Shown: positions 36,042-45,171 of the stretch, one piece after another
Position numbering within the stretch: position 1 is the stretch's first letter
Layout of the letters: the number at the start of each line of letters is the position of its first letter
NCBI RefSeq assembly: GCF_022842145.1
Contig: NZ_JALHQD010000007.1
Coordinates: 84,441-148,440 of the forward strand
Reading direction: 5' to 3'
Length of the DNA stretch: 64,000 nucleotides
From: Tabrizicola sp.
Lineage (GTDB): Bacteria; Pseudomonadota; Alphaproteobacteria; Rhodobacterales; Rhodobacteraceae
The notes under the pieces: model-generated
The model's database searches: none
Told to the model about the DNA's origin: nothing
Seen by the model: only the letters and a program-made list of their open reading frames with translations
Program-made: the position numbers and the translations under genes

Positions 36042-37746
36042 TCTCGGCTGCCTTGACCGGAGCCGGGGAAGCGCCCTCTTCGGCCATGACCGCGTCCAAC
36101 CCCACCTCAAGCTTGCGCAGGATACGGGCCTTGTCCGTTTCGGACGGCTCGAAGGACAAGGCGCGGCGCCATTGGAACCGGGCTTCGAGTGTGCGGTCGT
36201 TCATCCAGTAGACGTCGCCCAGATGGTCGGTGACGATCGGATCGACGGGTTCCAGCAGCGAGGCCTTCTCCATCGGCTCCAGCGCATCGGCATACCGGCC
36301 AAGCTTGAAATAGGCCCAGGCGAGGCTGTCGATGATATAGCCCTGGTCGGGATCACCGGCGACGGCCTTCTCGATCATCCCCAAGGCTTCGTCCAGCTTT
36401 TCGCCGCGGTCGACAAGGCCATAGCCGAGATAGTTCAGGACCTGCGGCTGCGTCGGGTTCAACTCCAGCGCCTTGCGAAAGTCGGCCTCGGCGGCGGCCC
36501 AGTCCTTGGATTGCTCGTGGCAGATCCCGCGGTAGAAATGCAGGACCCAATCCTCGGTCCCGGCCTGTTTGGCAAGATCGATCGCAGCACTGTAGGCAAG
36601 CTCTGCTTCGTCGAAGCGCTCCTCGCTGCGTAGCAGGTCGCCAAGACCGAAATGGACGCGCGGGATGTTGCCGTTGGTCCGGGCCAGCGCCTGAAGCGCC
36701 TCGATCGCGGCGTCGGTCCGGCCCTGGGATTTCAGCGCGCCGGCACGGCCGATCTCGGCGGTGACATAGGCCGGGTCTTCGGGGGGAAATCCGGCGTAGG
36801 TTGCGGCGGCAAGCACGTGCTGGCCCAGCTCCTGAAGCACATCACCGGTCAGAAGCAGCGCATCGGAATGGTCTGGCCGCAGGTAGCCCGCGATCCGAAG
36901 ATGCAGCAGCGTGTAGACCGGGTCCGCTTCGCCATTCAGCGCCGTCGAGATCGAGAACAGGACTTCGGCAATGCCGTCGCGGGCCGAGTTCACCGTATCG
37001 AAGGGAATGGGCTCTCCCGCCTGAAGCCGCTTGCGCAGACCATCGACCATCGGGTCGGCCGCAGTGCCGAAGGAGCGGTCCAGAAGGGCCAGCGCCTCGG
37101 GGTTCTTTTCCAGTTGGCTCAGGATTTGCGCATGGGCAAAGACCCCGCGGCGCATGACATAGATCGGGCCAGCCGCACGACCGGACAGGATCTCATCCGC
37201 ACCTTCGAAGTCGCCGACCGAGGCGAGTGCCAGGGCCTTGTGGTAGAAACCGAAAGCCTCGAAGCCTTTCTTCTTGGTCACGGCGTCGAAAGCTTCGACC
37301 GCCTCCGACATCTTGCCTTCGCCAACCTTCGCCCAGGCGACGACAAGCGAATTGGTCAGGTCGCCCACGTCACGCCCCGTCCCGGCGGCAGAGAGGAGCG
37401 CGGCATAGTCCTCGCGCTGGGCTTCATCGGCGAGAAGCGCCATTTCGGCCAGTTGGCTGGGGGGACCCTCGACGGCCTTGCGCAGTTTGGCCGCCTCGAT
37501 TGCCAGGGCAAAATCGCCGATGCCCATTTCGGCCAGGACAGCACCGTCCAGAAGCTGGGGATTGGACGCATCGGCCATGATCGCCTTGCCGTACCAGGTC
37601 GCGGCGGCGCGGAAATCGTTCTGTGATTCGGCGGTGCGTGCGGCGAGATAGGCACCGCTGTCGACCTGTTCCTCGGCCCGCAATGGCGTACCCAACGCGG
37701 CCGCAAGAAGAAGGGCGGTCAGGGTGCGGGACATGATCTGGCGCAT
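36031..37746 (-). CDS. periplasmic tetratricopeptide-repeat protein
   Basis: 571 aa with a signal peptide and repeated TPR consensus (W..LG..Y...g....A...f..AL...P). It overlaps the ispE start by 11 nt; this pairing is common in alphaproteobacteria. Confidence 0.8.
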   Translation of the reverse strand: MRQIMSRTLTALLLAAALGTPLRAEEQVDSGAYLAARTAESQNDFRAAATWYGKAIMADASNPQLLDGAVLAEMGIGDFALAIEAAKLRKAVEGPPSQLAEMALLADEAQREDYAALLSAAGTGRDVGDLTNSLVVAWAKVGEGKMSEAVEAFDAVTKKKGFEAFGFYHKALALASVGDFEGADEILSGRAAGPIYVMRRGVFAHAQILSQLEKNPEALALLDRSFGTAADPMVDGLRKRLQAGEPIPFDTVNSARDGIAEVLFSISTALNGEADPVYTLLHLRIAGYLRPDHSDALLLTGDVLQELGQHVLAAATYAGFPPEDPAYVTAEIGRAGALKSQGRTDAAIEALQALARTNGNIPRVHFGLGDLLRSEERFDEAELAYSAAIDLAKQAGTEDWVLHFYRGICHEQSKDWAAAEADFRKALELNPTQPQVLNYLGYGLVDRGEKLDEALGMIEKAVAGDPDQGYIIDSLAWAYFKLGRYADALEPMEKASLLEPVDPIVTDHLGDVYWMNDRTLEARFQWRRALSFEPSETDKARILRKLEVGLDAVMAEEGASPAPVKAAENDN

Positions 37747-37804
37747 CGGCCTCTCCTACAGGGACAGGGCGAGGGTAGCCGGACCCAACTGCCTGCGCAA
37801 TGCA

Positions 37805-37834
37805 CCGGGGCCCGACCTTGCGGCCGGGCCCCGG
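37805..37834. terminator. GC hairpin downstream of the ETF-QO gene
   Basis: CCGGGGCCCG-accttgcggc-CGGGCCCCGG, a 10-bp perfect stem with no clear U-tract. Confidence 0.45.
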
Positions 37835-37861
37835 GGATTGGGACAAGCTTTCGTGAGGGCG

Positions 37862-39508
37862 TCACATGTTGGGGTAGTTCGGCCCTCCGCCGCCCATCGG
37901 CGTGGTCCAGACGATGTTCTGGCTGGGGTCCTTGATGTCGCAGGTCTTGCAGTGGACGCAGTTCTGGAAATTGATCCGGAAGGTGGCTGTGTCGCCTTCG
38001 CCCAGGACTTCGTAGACGCCGGCAGGGCAGTAGCGCTGGGCGGGTTCCGCGTATTTCGGCAGGTTGACGCCAATCGGGATCGAGGCATCCTTCAACACCA
38101 GATGGGCGGGCTGCGCCTCGTCGTGGTTGGTGAAGGAGAAGGCCACGTTGGTCAGCCGGTCGAACGACAGCTTACCGTCGGGCTTGGGATAGTCGATCGG
38201 CTTGTGGTCCTTGGCCAGGCCCGTGGCGGCCGCGTCGGATTTGCCGTGCCGGATGGTGCCGAAGGCGCTCAGGCCGATGGTGTTCAGCCACATGTCCACG
38301 CCGCCGCCCATCAGGCTGGCGACCAGACCGTACTTGGACCAGAGCGGCTTGACGTTGCGGACCTTCTTCAGGTCTCGGCCGATGGCGCCTTGGCGGACGT
38401 CGGTTTCGTACGAGGTCAGCTCATCGCCCTGCCGGCCCCCACTGATGGCGGCGTGCGCGGCCTCGGCGGCGGCCTTGCCCGAGAGCATGGCGTTGTGGTT
38501 GCCCTTGATGCGGGGGACGTTCACAAGGCCCGCCGAGCAGCCCAAGAGCGCCACCCCTGGCGCCACCATCTTGGGGATCGACTGCCAGCCACCCTCGCTG
38601 ATCGCCCGTGCACCGTAGGCCACGCGCTTGCCGCCCTTCAGAAGGTCGGCCACCATCGGATGGTGCTTGAAGCGCTGGAACTCCATGTAGGGGTAAAGGT
38701 GGGGGTTTTCGTAGTTCAGGTGGACGACGAAGCCGACGTAGACCTGGTTGTTCTCGAGGTGATAGATGAACGACCCGCCGCCCGCATTCTTGCCAAGGGG
38801 CCAGCCCATCGTGTGGGTGACGGTGCCCTCGCGGTGCTTTTCGGGGTCGATCTCCCAGATTTCCTTCATGCCCAGCCCGTATTTCTGCGGGCAGTGGCCT
38901 TTCGACAGGTCGTATTTGGCGATGACCTGCTTGGCCAGGCTGCCGCGGACGCCTTCGGACAGGAAGACGTACTTGCCGCGCAGCTCCATCCCCGGTTCAT
39001 ATGACGGGCCAGGCTCGCGGGTTTCAGGATCGCGGCCGAATTCGCCGGCAACGACGCCGACGACGGTGTCGCCTTCGAACACCAGTTCGCTGCAGGCCAT
39101 GCCGGGGAAGATTTCCACGCCCAGCCCTTCGGCCACGCCCGCCATCCAGCGGCAGACATTGGCCATCGAGACGATGTAGTTGCCGTGGTTCGTCATCAGG
39201 GGAGGCATCGGCCAGTTCGGGATGCGGATCTGGCCAGCCGGCCCCAGCATGTAGAAATTGTCTTCGCGCACGGGCGTCTTGATCGGAGCGTCCATCGAGC
39301 GCCAGTCGGGCAACAAGGCGTCCAGCCCGCAGGGGTCCAGGACCGCGCCCGACAGGATATGCGCCCCGACTTCGGAGCCTTTTTCCAAGACGACGACCAA
39401 CCGATCCGGGTCCAGCTGCTTCAGCCGGATCGCGGCTGACAGGCCCGCCGGCCCGGCGCCGACGATCACGACATCATAGTCCATCTTCTCGCGCTGAATG
39501 GCGGTCAT
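37862..39508 (-). CDS. electron-transfer flavoprotein:ubiquinone oxidoreductase
   Basis: YDVVIVGAGPAGLSAAIRL FAD motif and a C-terminal 4Fe-4S motif (FQNCVHCKTCDIKDP). 548 aa from the ATG at 39508. Confidence 0.93.
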   Translation of the reverse strand: MTAIQREKMDYDVVIVGAGPAGLSAAIRLKQLDPDRLVVVLEKGSEVGAHILSGAVLDPCGLDALLPDWRSMDAPIKTPVREDNFYMLGPAGQIRIPNWPMPPLMTNHGNYIVSMANVCRWMAGVAEGLGVEIFPGMACSELVFEGDTVVGVVAGEFGRDPETREPGPSYEPGMELRGKYVFLSEGVRGSLAKQVIAKYDLSKGHCPQKYGLGMKEIWEIDPEKHREGTVTHTMGWPLGKNAGGGSFIYHLENNQVYVGFVVHLNYENPHLYPYMEFQRFKHHPMVADLLKGGKRVAYGARAISEGGWQSIPKMVAPGVALLGCSAGLVNVPRIKGNHNAMLSGKAAAEAAHAAISGGRQGDELTSYETDVRQGAIGRDLKKVRNVKPLWSKYGLVASLMGGGVDMWLNTIGLSAFGTIRHGKSDAAATGLAKDHKPIDYPKPDGKLSFDRLTNVAFSFTNHDEAQPAHLVLKDASIPIGVNLPKYAEPAQRYCPAGVYEVLGEGDTATFRINFQNCVHCKTCDIKDPSQNIVWTTPMGGGGPNYPNM

Positions 39509-39784
39509 CGCTTGTCCTTCCCCGGGCGGCCACACCTGGTCCTGAAACACTGGCTTTTCGCGGCTTCCCTGTTGCCGCAGCGGGGCAGCAAGGTCAACCG
39601 TGACGCAACATCCCAAAGGCACATCCCGCCGCAAAGCTTTCTGTCTTGCCCGCGACGGACTGTTGCCCGCGCGCGGCATGACCCCTTGCATTTATGCATT
39701 CCATCGGGTGTGGTGAAGGGGAGTTAGTCCGAAGTCATGGGCCGCGATCCGGTCCGTGGCTTCTTCTTTTACTGTGGAATGCCG

Positions 39785-40255
39785 ATGGAAAAGATCCCGA
39801 TGACCCGGCGCGGCTTCGATGCGCTGGATGCTGAACTCAAGCAGCTCAAGACGGTGGACCGTCCGGCGATCATCCGCGACATCGCCGAAGCGCGCGAACA
39901 CGGTGATCTGTCCGAAAACGCGGAATACCACGCTGCGCGGGAAAAGCAGGGTTTCATCGAAGGCCGCATCAAGGAGCTTGAGGGCGTCCTGTCCTTGGCC
40001 GACGTGATCGACCCCAGCAAGTTCACCGGCTCGATCAAGTTCGGCGCGACCGTCACCCTGGTCGACGAGGACAACGACGAAGAGAAGACCTACCAGATCG
40101 TCGGCGAGGTCGAAGCCGATATCGAAAATGGCCTATTGAACTTGCGCTCTCCGCTTGCCCGCGCCCTGATCGGCAAGGATGAGGGCGACAGCGTCGATGT
40201 AAAGACTCCCGGCGGGACCCGATCCTACGAAGTCCTGTCGATCCGTTACCTCTGA
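39785..40255 (+). CDS. greA: transcription elongation factor GreA
   Basis: [22 protein letters not shown]...[20 protein letters not shown]...; 156 aa. Confidence 0.95.
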   Translation: MEKIPMTRRGFDALDAELKQLKTVDRPAIIRDIAEAREHGDLSENAEYHAAREKQGFIEGRIKELEGVLSLADVIDPSKFTGSIKFGATVTLVDEDNDEEKTYQIVGEVEADIENGLLNLRSPLARALIGKDEGDSVDVKTPGGTRSYEVLSIRYL

Positions 40256-40270
40256 TCCGGGGATGCCCTG

Positions 40271-41305
40271 GTGAAACCGCCGGTCAAGGATCTGCCGAAA
40301 CGGGACGCTGGTCTGGACCAGGGTCCCCTTGCGCTCCTCAACGATCCACCCCGGCGGGGGATGGAGATCGCGGGCATCGGCCTAAGCGTGGTCTGGGTGC
40401 TTCTGATCCTGGTCTATGTGCTGGTGACACCGCCGGGCAGCGAGTCGCGCACACTGGGCCTGATCATGACCTTGCTCATGGTCTTCCTGCCCATCGCGCT
40501 GATCTGGGCAGTGGTGGTCACACTTCGCTCGATCCGCGAGCTGAGGGCCGAGGCGAAGCGGCTGCAGGCCACGGTCGACGCGATGCGGTCCAGCTATGTG
40601 CAAGCGCAAAGCCAGGGCAATGGCCTGAAACCCTCGGTGGAGCGGAAGATCGATGAGATCGCCGCCTCGACCAAGCAGGCCGAGACGGTTCTTGCCACCT
40701 TCTCTTCCCGGCGCGATGCCACGCTGTCGGTGCCCTCGGCGGATCGGAAGGCCGTGCTGGTCCAACCCCAGCCGGAACCCGCCGCAGAGGAGCCGACGCT
40801 GGCCCTTGGAACTCCGGCCGAGGAGTTCCGGCCACCGCTTTCGGTTTCAAGCTTCATCCGCGCCTTGCAATTTCCCGAGACGCCCGAGGACAAGGAGGGC
40901 TTTCGCGCCCTGCGACTTGCGCTGGAGGACCGGACCTCGGCCAAGCTGATCCGGGCGGCGCAGGACGTGCTGACCCTCCTCAGCCAGGATGGCATCTACG
41001 TCGATGATCTGCAGCCTGACCTGTGCCATCCCGAACTTTGGCGGCGCTTTGCCGGGGGCGAACGGGGCCGGTCGATTGCAGCCTTGGGCGGGATCAGGGA
41101 TCGCGCCTCGCTGGCCCTGACCGCAGCGCGGATGAAGGCCGACCCGGTGTTCCGCGACGCGGCGCACCATTTTCTGCGGACCTTCGACAAGACTTTCGCC
41201 GCCTTCGAGCCCAATGCCACGGATGCCGAGCTTGCCGACCTGGCAGACACCCGCACGGCGCGGGCCTTCATGCTGTTCGGACGGGTGACGGGGACGTTCG
41301 ACTGA
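40271..41305 (+). CDS. hypothetical membrane-anchored protein
   Basis: 344 aa with a GTG start. Two TM helices (aa ~33-85), a coiled coil, a Pro/Ala linker and a ~170-aa C-terminal globular part. No recognised motif. Confidence 0.6.
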   Translation: MKPPVKDLPKRDAGLDQGPLALLNDPPRRGMEIAGIGLSVVWVLLILVYVLVTPPGSESRTLGLIMTLLMVFLPIALIWAVVVTLRSIRELRAEAKRLQATVDAMRSSYVQAQSQGNGLKPSVERKIDEIAASTKQAETVLATFSSRRDATLSVPSADRKAVLVQPQPEPAAEEPTLALGTPAEEFRPPLSVSSFIRALQFPETPEDKEGFRALRLALEDRTSAKLIRAAQDVLTLLSQDGIYVDDLQPDLCHPELWRRFAGGERGRSIAALGGIRDRASLALTAARMKADPVFRDAAHHFLRTFDKTFAAFEPNATDAELADLADTRTARAFMLFGRVTGTFD

Positions 41306-41364
41306 AGCTGCGGCGAGCGGGAAGATCTTGCTGCAGGGGTGGCCATGCGTGGAACGGCTTTCCT

Positions 41365-41379
41365 ATTTGACCGTCAAAT
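41365..41379. promoter_or_regulatory. perfect 15-bp palindrome, candidate operator upstream of the peroxiredoxin gene
   Basis: ATTTGAC-C-GTCAAAT, 77-91 nt upstream of the prx ATG in an AT-enriched patch. Confidence 0.4.
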
Positions 41380-41455
41380 CATGCGAGGGGATGAAACCTT
41401 GTTCCGTTAGGCATATGTTCGCCCCAGACAGGATTCCAACCGTAAGAGGTTCCAC

Positions 41456-42106
41456 ATGGCCGTCCGCATCAACGACATCGCCCCCGACTTCACCGCTGAG
41501 TCCACCGCCGGGACCATCCGCTTCCATGACTGGCTGGGCGACAGCTACGGCATCATCTTCAGCCATCCGCGCGATTTTACCCCGGTCTGCACCACGGAGT
41601 TCGCCGCCGTCGCCCAACTGGCCGCCGAATGGCAGAAGCGCAAGACCAAGGTGATCGGCGTGTCCGTCGACGGCGTATCGGACCACGAAAAGTGGAAGCG
41701 CGATATCGAAGCCTTTGGTGGTGCACCGGCCGATTTCCCGATCATTGACGACACCTCGCTGACGGTGGCCAAGGCCTATGACATGCTGCCGGCCGAATTC
41801 TACCTGCCGACCGAGGGACGGACTCCGGCCCACTCGGCGACGGTGCGGACGGTCTACATCATCGGGCCGGACAAGAAGGTGCGGCTGACGATGACCTATC
41901 CGATGTCGGTGGGCCGCAACTTTGCCGAGATCCTGCGTGCGCTGGATGCGGTGCAGAAGACCGACGGCGTGCCGCTTGCGACGCCTGCGAACTGGGTGCC
42001 GGGGCAGGACGTGATCGTGGCGCTGGCGCTGAACAACGAGCAGGCCACGGAACGCTTCGGCGAGCTGGACATCAAGCTGCCCTACCTGCGCTTCGCCAAG
42101 GTCTGA
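41456..42106 (+). CDS. 1-Cys peroxiredoxin (Prx6-like)
   Basis: INDIAPDFTAEST...WLGDSYGIIFSHPRDFTPVCTTE; 216 aa. Confidence 0.93.
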   Translation: MAVRINDIAPDFTAESTAGTIRFHDWLGDSYGIIFSHPRDFTPVCTTEFAAVAQLAAEWQKRKTKVIGVSVDGVSDHEKWKRDIEAFGGAPADFPIIDDTSLTVAKAYDMLPAEFYLPTEGRTPAHSATVRTVYIIGPDKKVRLTMTYPMSVGRNFAEILRALDAVQKTDGVPLATPANWVPGQDVIVALALNNEQATERFGELDIKLPYLRFAKV

Positions 42107-42113
42107 GCATTTG

Positions 42114-42133
42114 GGGGCGGCTTCGGCTGCCCC
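42114..42133. terminator. hairpin between the convergent prx and L,D-transpeptidase genes
   Basis: GGGGCGGC-ttcg-GCTGCCCC (one G-T wobble), filling the 27-nt gap. Confidence 0.55.
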
Positions 42134-42724
42134 TTATACGCTTTCCACTTTGGGCAGCAAAAGCACCGGCGCGCCAAGTTCGACAAGGTCGTAAAGCTCG
42201 CCGATGTGCTCATTCGCCAGGCGCACGCAGCCGTTCGACACGGCTGAACCGATGGTCCAAGGCTCGGGCGTGCCGTGGATGCGCAGGAAGGTGTCTGCTC
42301 CGCTGTCGTCGAAGAGATAAATCGCGCGCGCACCCAAGGGATTGTCGGGTCCACCGGGCATGCCGTCGGCCCATTTCGCGTACTGGTCAGGGTCGCGGTC
42401 GATCATTTCGTCCGTCGGGGTCCAGCTCGGCCATTCCTTCTTGGCGCCCACGCTGAAAACTCCGGACTCGTACAGCGTTCCACGTCCCACGCCGACGGAA
42501 TACTGCATCCCGCGATCGGGCGTCACGGCGTGGTAAAGCGCGAAGTAATCCGGGTCGACGATCAGCGCACCCGGGGCCTGCGGTTCCGAGAACCTGACGG
42601 GGCGGGGCAGGAATTCTTCGGGCATGATCCAGTCTTCGGCCGATTGCTCGGTGTGCGCGAAGGCGCGCAGCGGCAGGGCGGTAGCCAGGCCGGTGGCGAT
42701 GAAGTGGCGGCGGGTGAAGCTCAT
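42134..42724 (-). CDS. L,D-transpeptidase (YkuD domain), Tat-exported
   Basis: Twin-arginine signal MSFTRRHFIATGLA...AFA. Catalytic motif IHGTPEPWTIGSAVSNGCVRL. Confidence 0.9.
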   Translation of the reverse strand: MSFTRRHFIATGLATALPLRAFAHTEQSAEDWIMPEEFLPRPVRFSEPQAPGALIVDPDYFALYHAVTPDRGMQYSVGVGRGTLYESGVFSVGAKKEWPSWTPTDEMIDRDPDQYAKWADGMPGGPDNPLGARAIYLFDDSGADTFLRIHGTPEPWTIGSAVSNGCVRLANEHIGELYDLVELGAPVLLLPKVESV

Positions 42725-42801
42725 GCTCTTGTCCTTTTGCTGTCATCCTTGCGGGAACGCTGGGTCACGCGCACCACAAGAAGCTGTGACACAAGACGGA
42801 A

Positions 42802-42829
42802 AAGGCCCCGCGGTTTCCCACGGGGCCTT
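42802..42829 (-). terminator. rho-independent terminator of pnp
   Basis: AAGGCCCCG-N10-CGGGGCCTT. On the minus strand the stem is followed by TTTTCCGTCTT. Confidence 0.7.
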
Positions 42830-42852
42830 CACATTCACGAAAGTCGGAAGGA

Positions 42853-44994
42853 TCAGCCTTCGGCCGACTCTTCCTTCTTCTCGGTGATTTCCTCACCGGT
42901 TTCCTGGTCGACCATCTTCATGCCAAGGCGGACCTTGCCACGGTCGTCGAAGCCCAGAAGCTTGACCTTGACCTCCTGGCCTTCCTTCAGGATCTCGTTC
43001 GGGTGGTTCAGGCGCTTGCTGGCGATCTGGGACACGTGCACCAGACCATCGCGCTTGCCGAAGAAGTTCACGAAGGCGCCGAAGTCGACCAGCTTGACCA
43101 CCTTGCCGGTGTAGATCTGGCCCTCTTCGGGTTCGGCGACGATCGACCAGATCATCTCGTAGGCCTTCTTGATGGCCTTCTGGTCGTTCGATGCGATCTT
43201 GATGATGCCGTCGTCGTTGATGTCGACCTTGGCGCCCGACACTTCGACGATCTCGCGGATGACCTTGCCGCCCGAGCCGATGACTTCTCGGATCTTGTCG
43301 GTCGGGATCTGCATCGTCTCGATCTTCGGGGCGTATTCGCTGAAGGCTTGCGCCGAGGTCAGCGCCTTGGCCATCTCGCCCAGGATGTGGATACGGCCGT
43401 CCTTGGCCTGCGCCAGGGCCTGCTTCATGATCTCGGGGGTGATGCCGGCGATCTTGATGTCCATCTGCAGCGAGGTGATCCCGGCTTCGGTGCCAGCCAC
43501 CTTGAAGTCCATGTCGCCGAGGTGATCCTCGTCGCCAAGGATGTCGGTCAGCACGGCCCACTGGCCATCGTCTTCCAGAATCAGACCCATCGCCACACCG
43601 GCGACCGGGGCTTTCAGCGGAACGCCTGCGTCCATCATCGACAGCGAGCCACCGCAGACCGACGCCATCGAGGAGGAACCGTTCGATTCGGTGATCTCTG
43701 ACACGACACGCACGGTGTACGGGAAGTCGGTCGGAGCCGGCAGAACCGCCTGCAGCGCGCGCCAAGCCAGCTTGCCGTGGCCGATTTCGCGGCGACCGGG
43801 CGAGCCGACACGGCCAACTTCACCAACCGAGTAGGGAGGGAAGTTGTAGTGCAGCAGGAAGTTCGACCGGTAGTTGCCGTTCAGCGCGTCGATGATCTGC
43901 TCATCTTCGCCCGTGCCGAGGGTCGTCACCACCAGACCCTGGGTTTCACCCCGGGTGAACAGCGCCGAGCCGTGCGCACGCGGCAGGATGCCGGTTTCGC
44001 AGGTGATCGGACGGACGGTCTTGGTGTCGCGGCCGTCGATGCGCTTGCCGTTCTTCACCACGTCGCCGCGCAGAACTGCCGATTCCAGCTTCTTGATCGC
44101 AGGATAAAGGTTCGAGTCGGCTTGGTCTTCCTCGCTCATCGCGGCCTTGATGGCATCGACAGCGGCTTCGATCGCACTGGTGCGGTCTTGCTTGTCGCGG
44201 ATCGCGAAAGCGGCGCGCATCTGCTCTTCGCCGGCCTTCTTCACCTTGGCATAGAGGTCCGAGTAATCCGGCGGGGAGAAATCGAACGGCTCTTTCGCCG
44301 AGGTTTCGGCGAAGTCGATGATCAGGTCGATCACCGGCTGCATCTGCTCGTGGCCGAAGACCACCGCGCCCAGCATTTCCTCTTCCGTCAGCTCGTAAGC
44401 TTCGGATTCGACCATCATCACGGCGTCTTTGGTGCCGGCGATGACAAGGTCAAGGCGCTGCTCGGGCTTCAGACGCAGCTGCGTCATGTCGTCCATTGCA
44501 GGGTTCAGAACGTACTGGCCGCCGACAAAGCCGACGCGGGCCGCAGCGATCGGGCCCATGAACGGGACGCCCGAGACGGTCAGCGCTGCCGAGGTGGCAA
44601 TCATTGCCACGACGTCCGGGTCGTTGACCAGGTCGCACGAGAGCACGGTCGCCATGACCAGCACTTCGTTGCGGAAGCCTTCGACGAACAGCGGGCGGAT
44701 CGGCCGGTCGATCAGACGCGAGGTCAGCGTCTCTTTTTCCGACGGGCGCGCTTCACGCTTGAAGAAGCCGCCGGGAATCTTGCCGGCCGCGTAGTACTTT
44801 TCCTGATAGTGAACCGTCAGGGGGAAGAAGTCCTGACCCGGCTTCGCATTGCGCGCGAAGGTCACGTTGGCCATCACCTGCGTTTCACCCAGCGTCGCGA
44901 TCACAGACCCATCAGCCTGGCGCGCAACTTTCCCGGTTTCCAGTGTGAGCGTTTCATTGCCCCACTGGATGGATTTCTTGGTCACATTGAACAT
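42853..44994 (-). CDS. pnp: polyribonucleotide nucleotidyltransferase (PNPase)
   Basis: 713 aa from [31 protein letters not shown]. Two RNase PH domains, a KH domain and an S1 domain ([20 protein letters not shown]). Confidence 0.97.
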   Translation of the reverse strand: MFNVTKKSIQWGNETLTLETGKVARQADGSVIATLGETQVMANVTFARNAKPGQDFFPLTVHYQEKYYAAGKIPGGFFKREARPSEKETLTSRLIDRPIRPLFVEGFRNEVLVMATVLSCDLVNDPDVVAMIATSAALTVSGVPFMGPIAAARVGFVGGQYVLNPAMDDMTQLRLKPEQRLDLVIAGTKDAVMMVESEAYELTEEEMLGAVVFGHEQMQPVIDLIIDFAETSAKEPFDFSPPDYSDLYAKVKKAGEEQMRAAFAIRDKQDRTSAIEAAVDAIKAAMSEEDQADSNLYPAIKKLESAVLRGDVVKNGKRIDGRDTKTVRPITCETGILPRAHGSALFTRGETQGLVVTTLGTGEDEQIIDALNGNYRSNFLLHYNFPPYSVGEVGRVGSPGRREIGHGKLAWRALQAVLPAPTDFPYTVRVVSEITESNGSSSMASVCGGSLSMMDAGVPLKAPVAGVAMGLILEDDGQWAVLTDILGDEDHLGDMDFKVAGTEAGITSLQMDIKIAGITPEIMKQALAQAKDGRIHILGEMAKALTSAQAFSEYAPKIETMQIPTDKIREVIGSGGKVIREIVEVSGAKVDINDDGIIKIASNDQKAIKKAYEMIWSIVAEPEEGQIYTGKVVKLVDFGAFVNFFGKRDGLVHVSQIASKRLNHPNEILKEGQEVKVKLLGFDDRGKVRLGMKMVDQETGEEITEKKEESAEG

Positions 44995-45171
44995 GTATCG
45001 TTTCCTCTGAGGACCCGGCCCCTGCCGGTGCCCTCGTTGTCTGGCGGCCCCATTGCCGCCCTTCCCCCGTATCCTTTGCATGTGCCCCGGGGGCGGGCCG
45101 CACGTCTCAGATGGCGCGGGCCATACAGGAAAAGCCACTGTGCGGCAATGGTGTTGGGCAAAGCGGTCCGG

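Noticed and set aside
41380-41455. LexA (GTTC-N7-GTTC) or OxyR-type boxes in the peroxiredoxin leader
   Set aside because: GTTC occurs twice (GTTCcgttaggcatatGTTC) but with N12 spacing. The CTAT and ATAT fragments do not form the OxyR tetrad pattern.
44995-45171. A small rpsO gene hidden upstream of pnp
   Set aside because: No ORF of suitable size (about 89 aa) lies on the minus strand between pnp and the SDR gene. The gap is only 177 nt.
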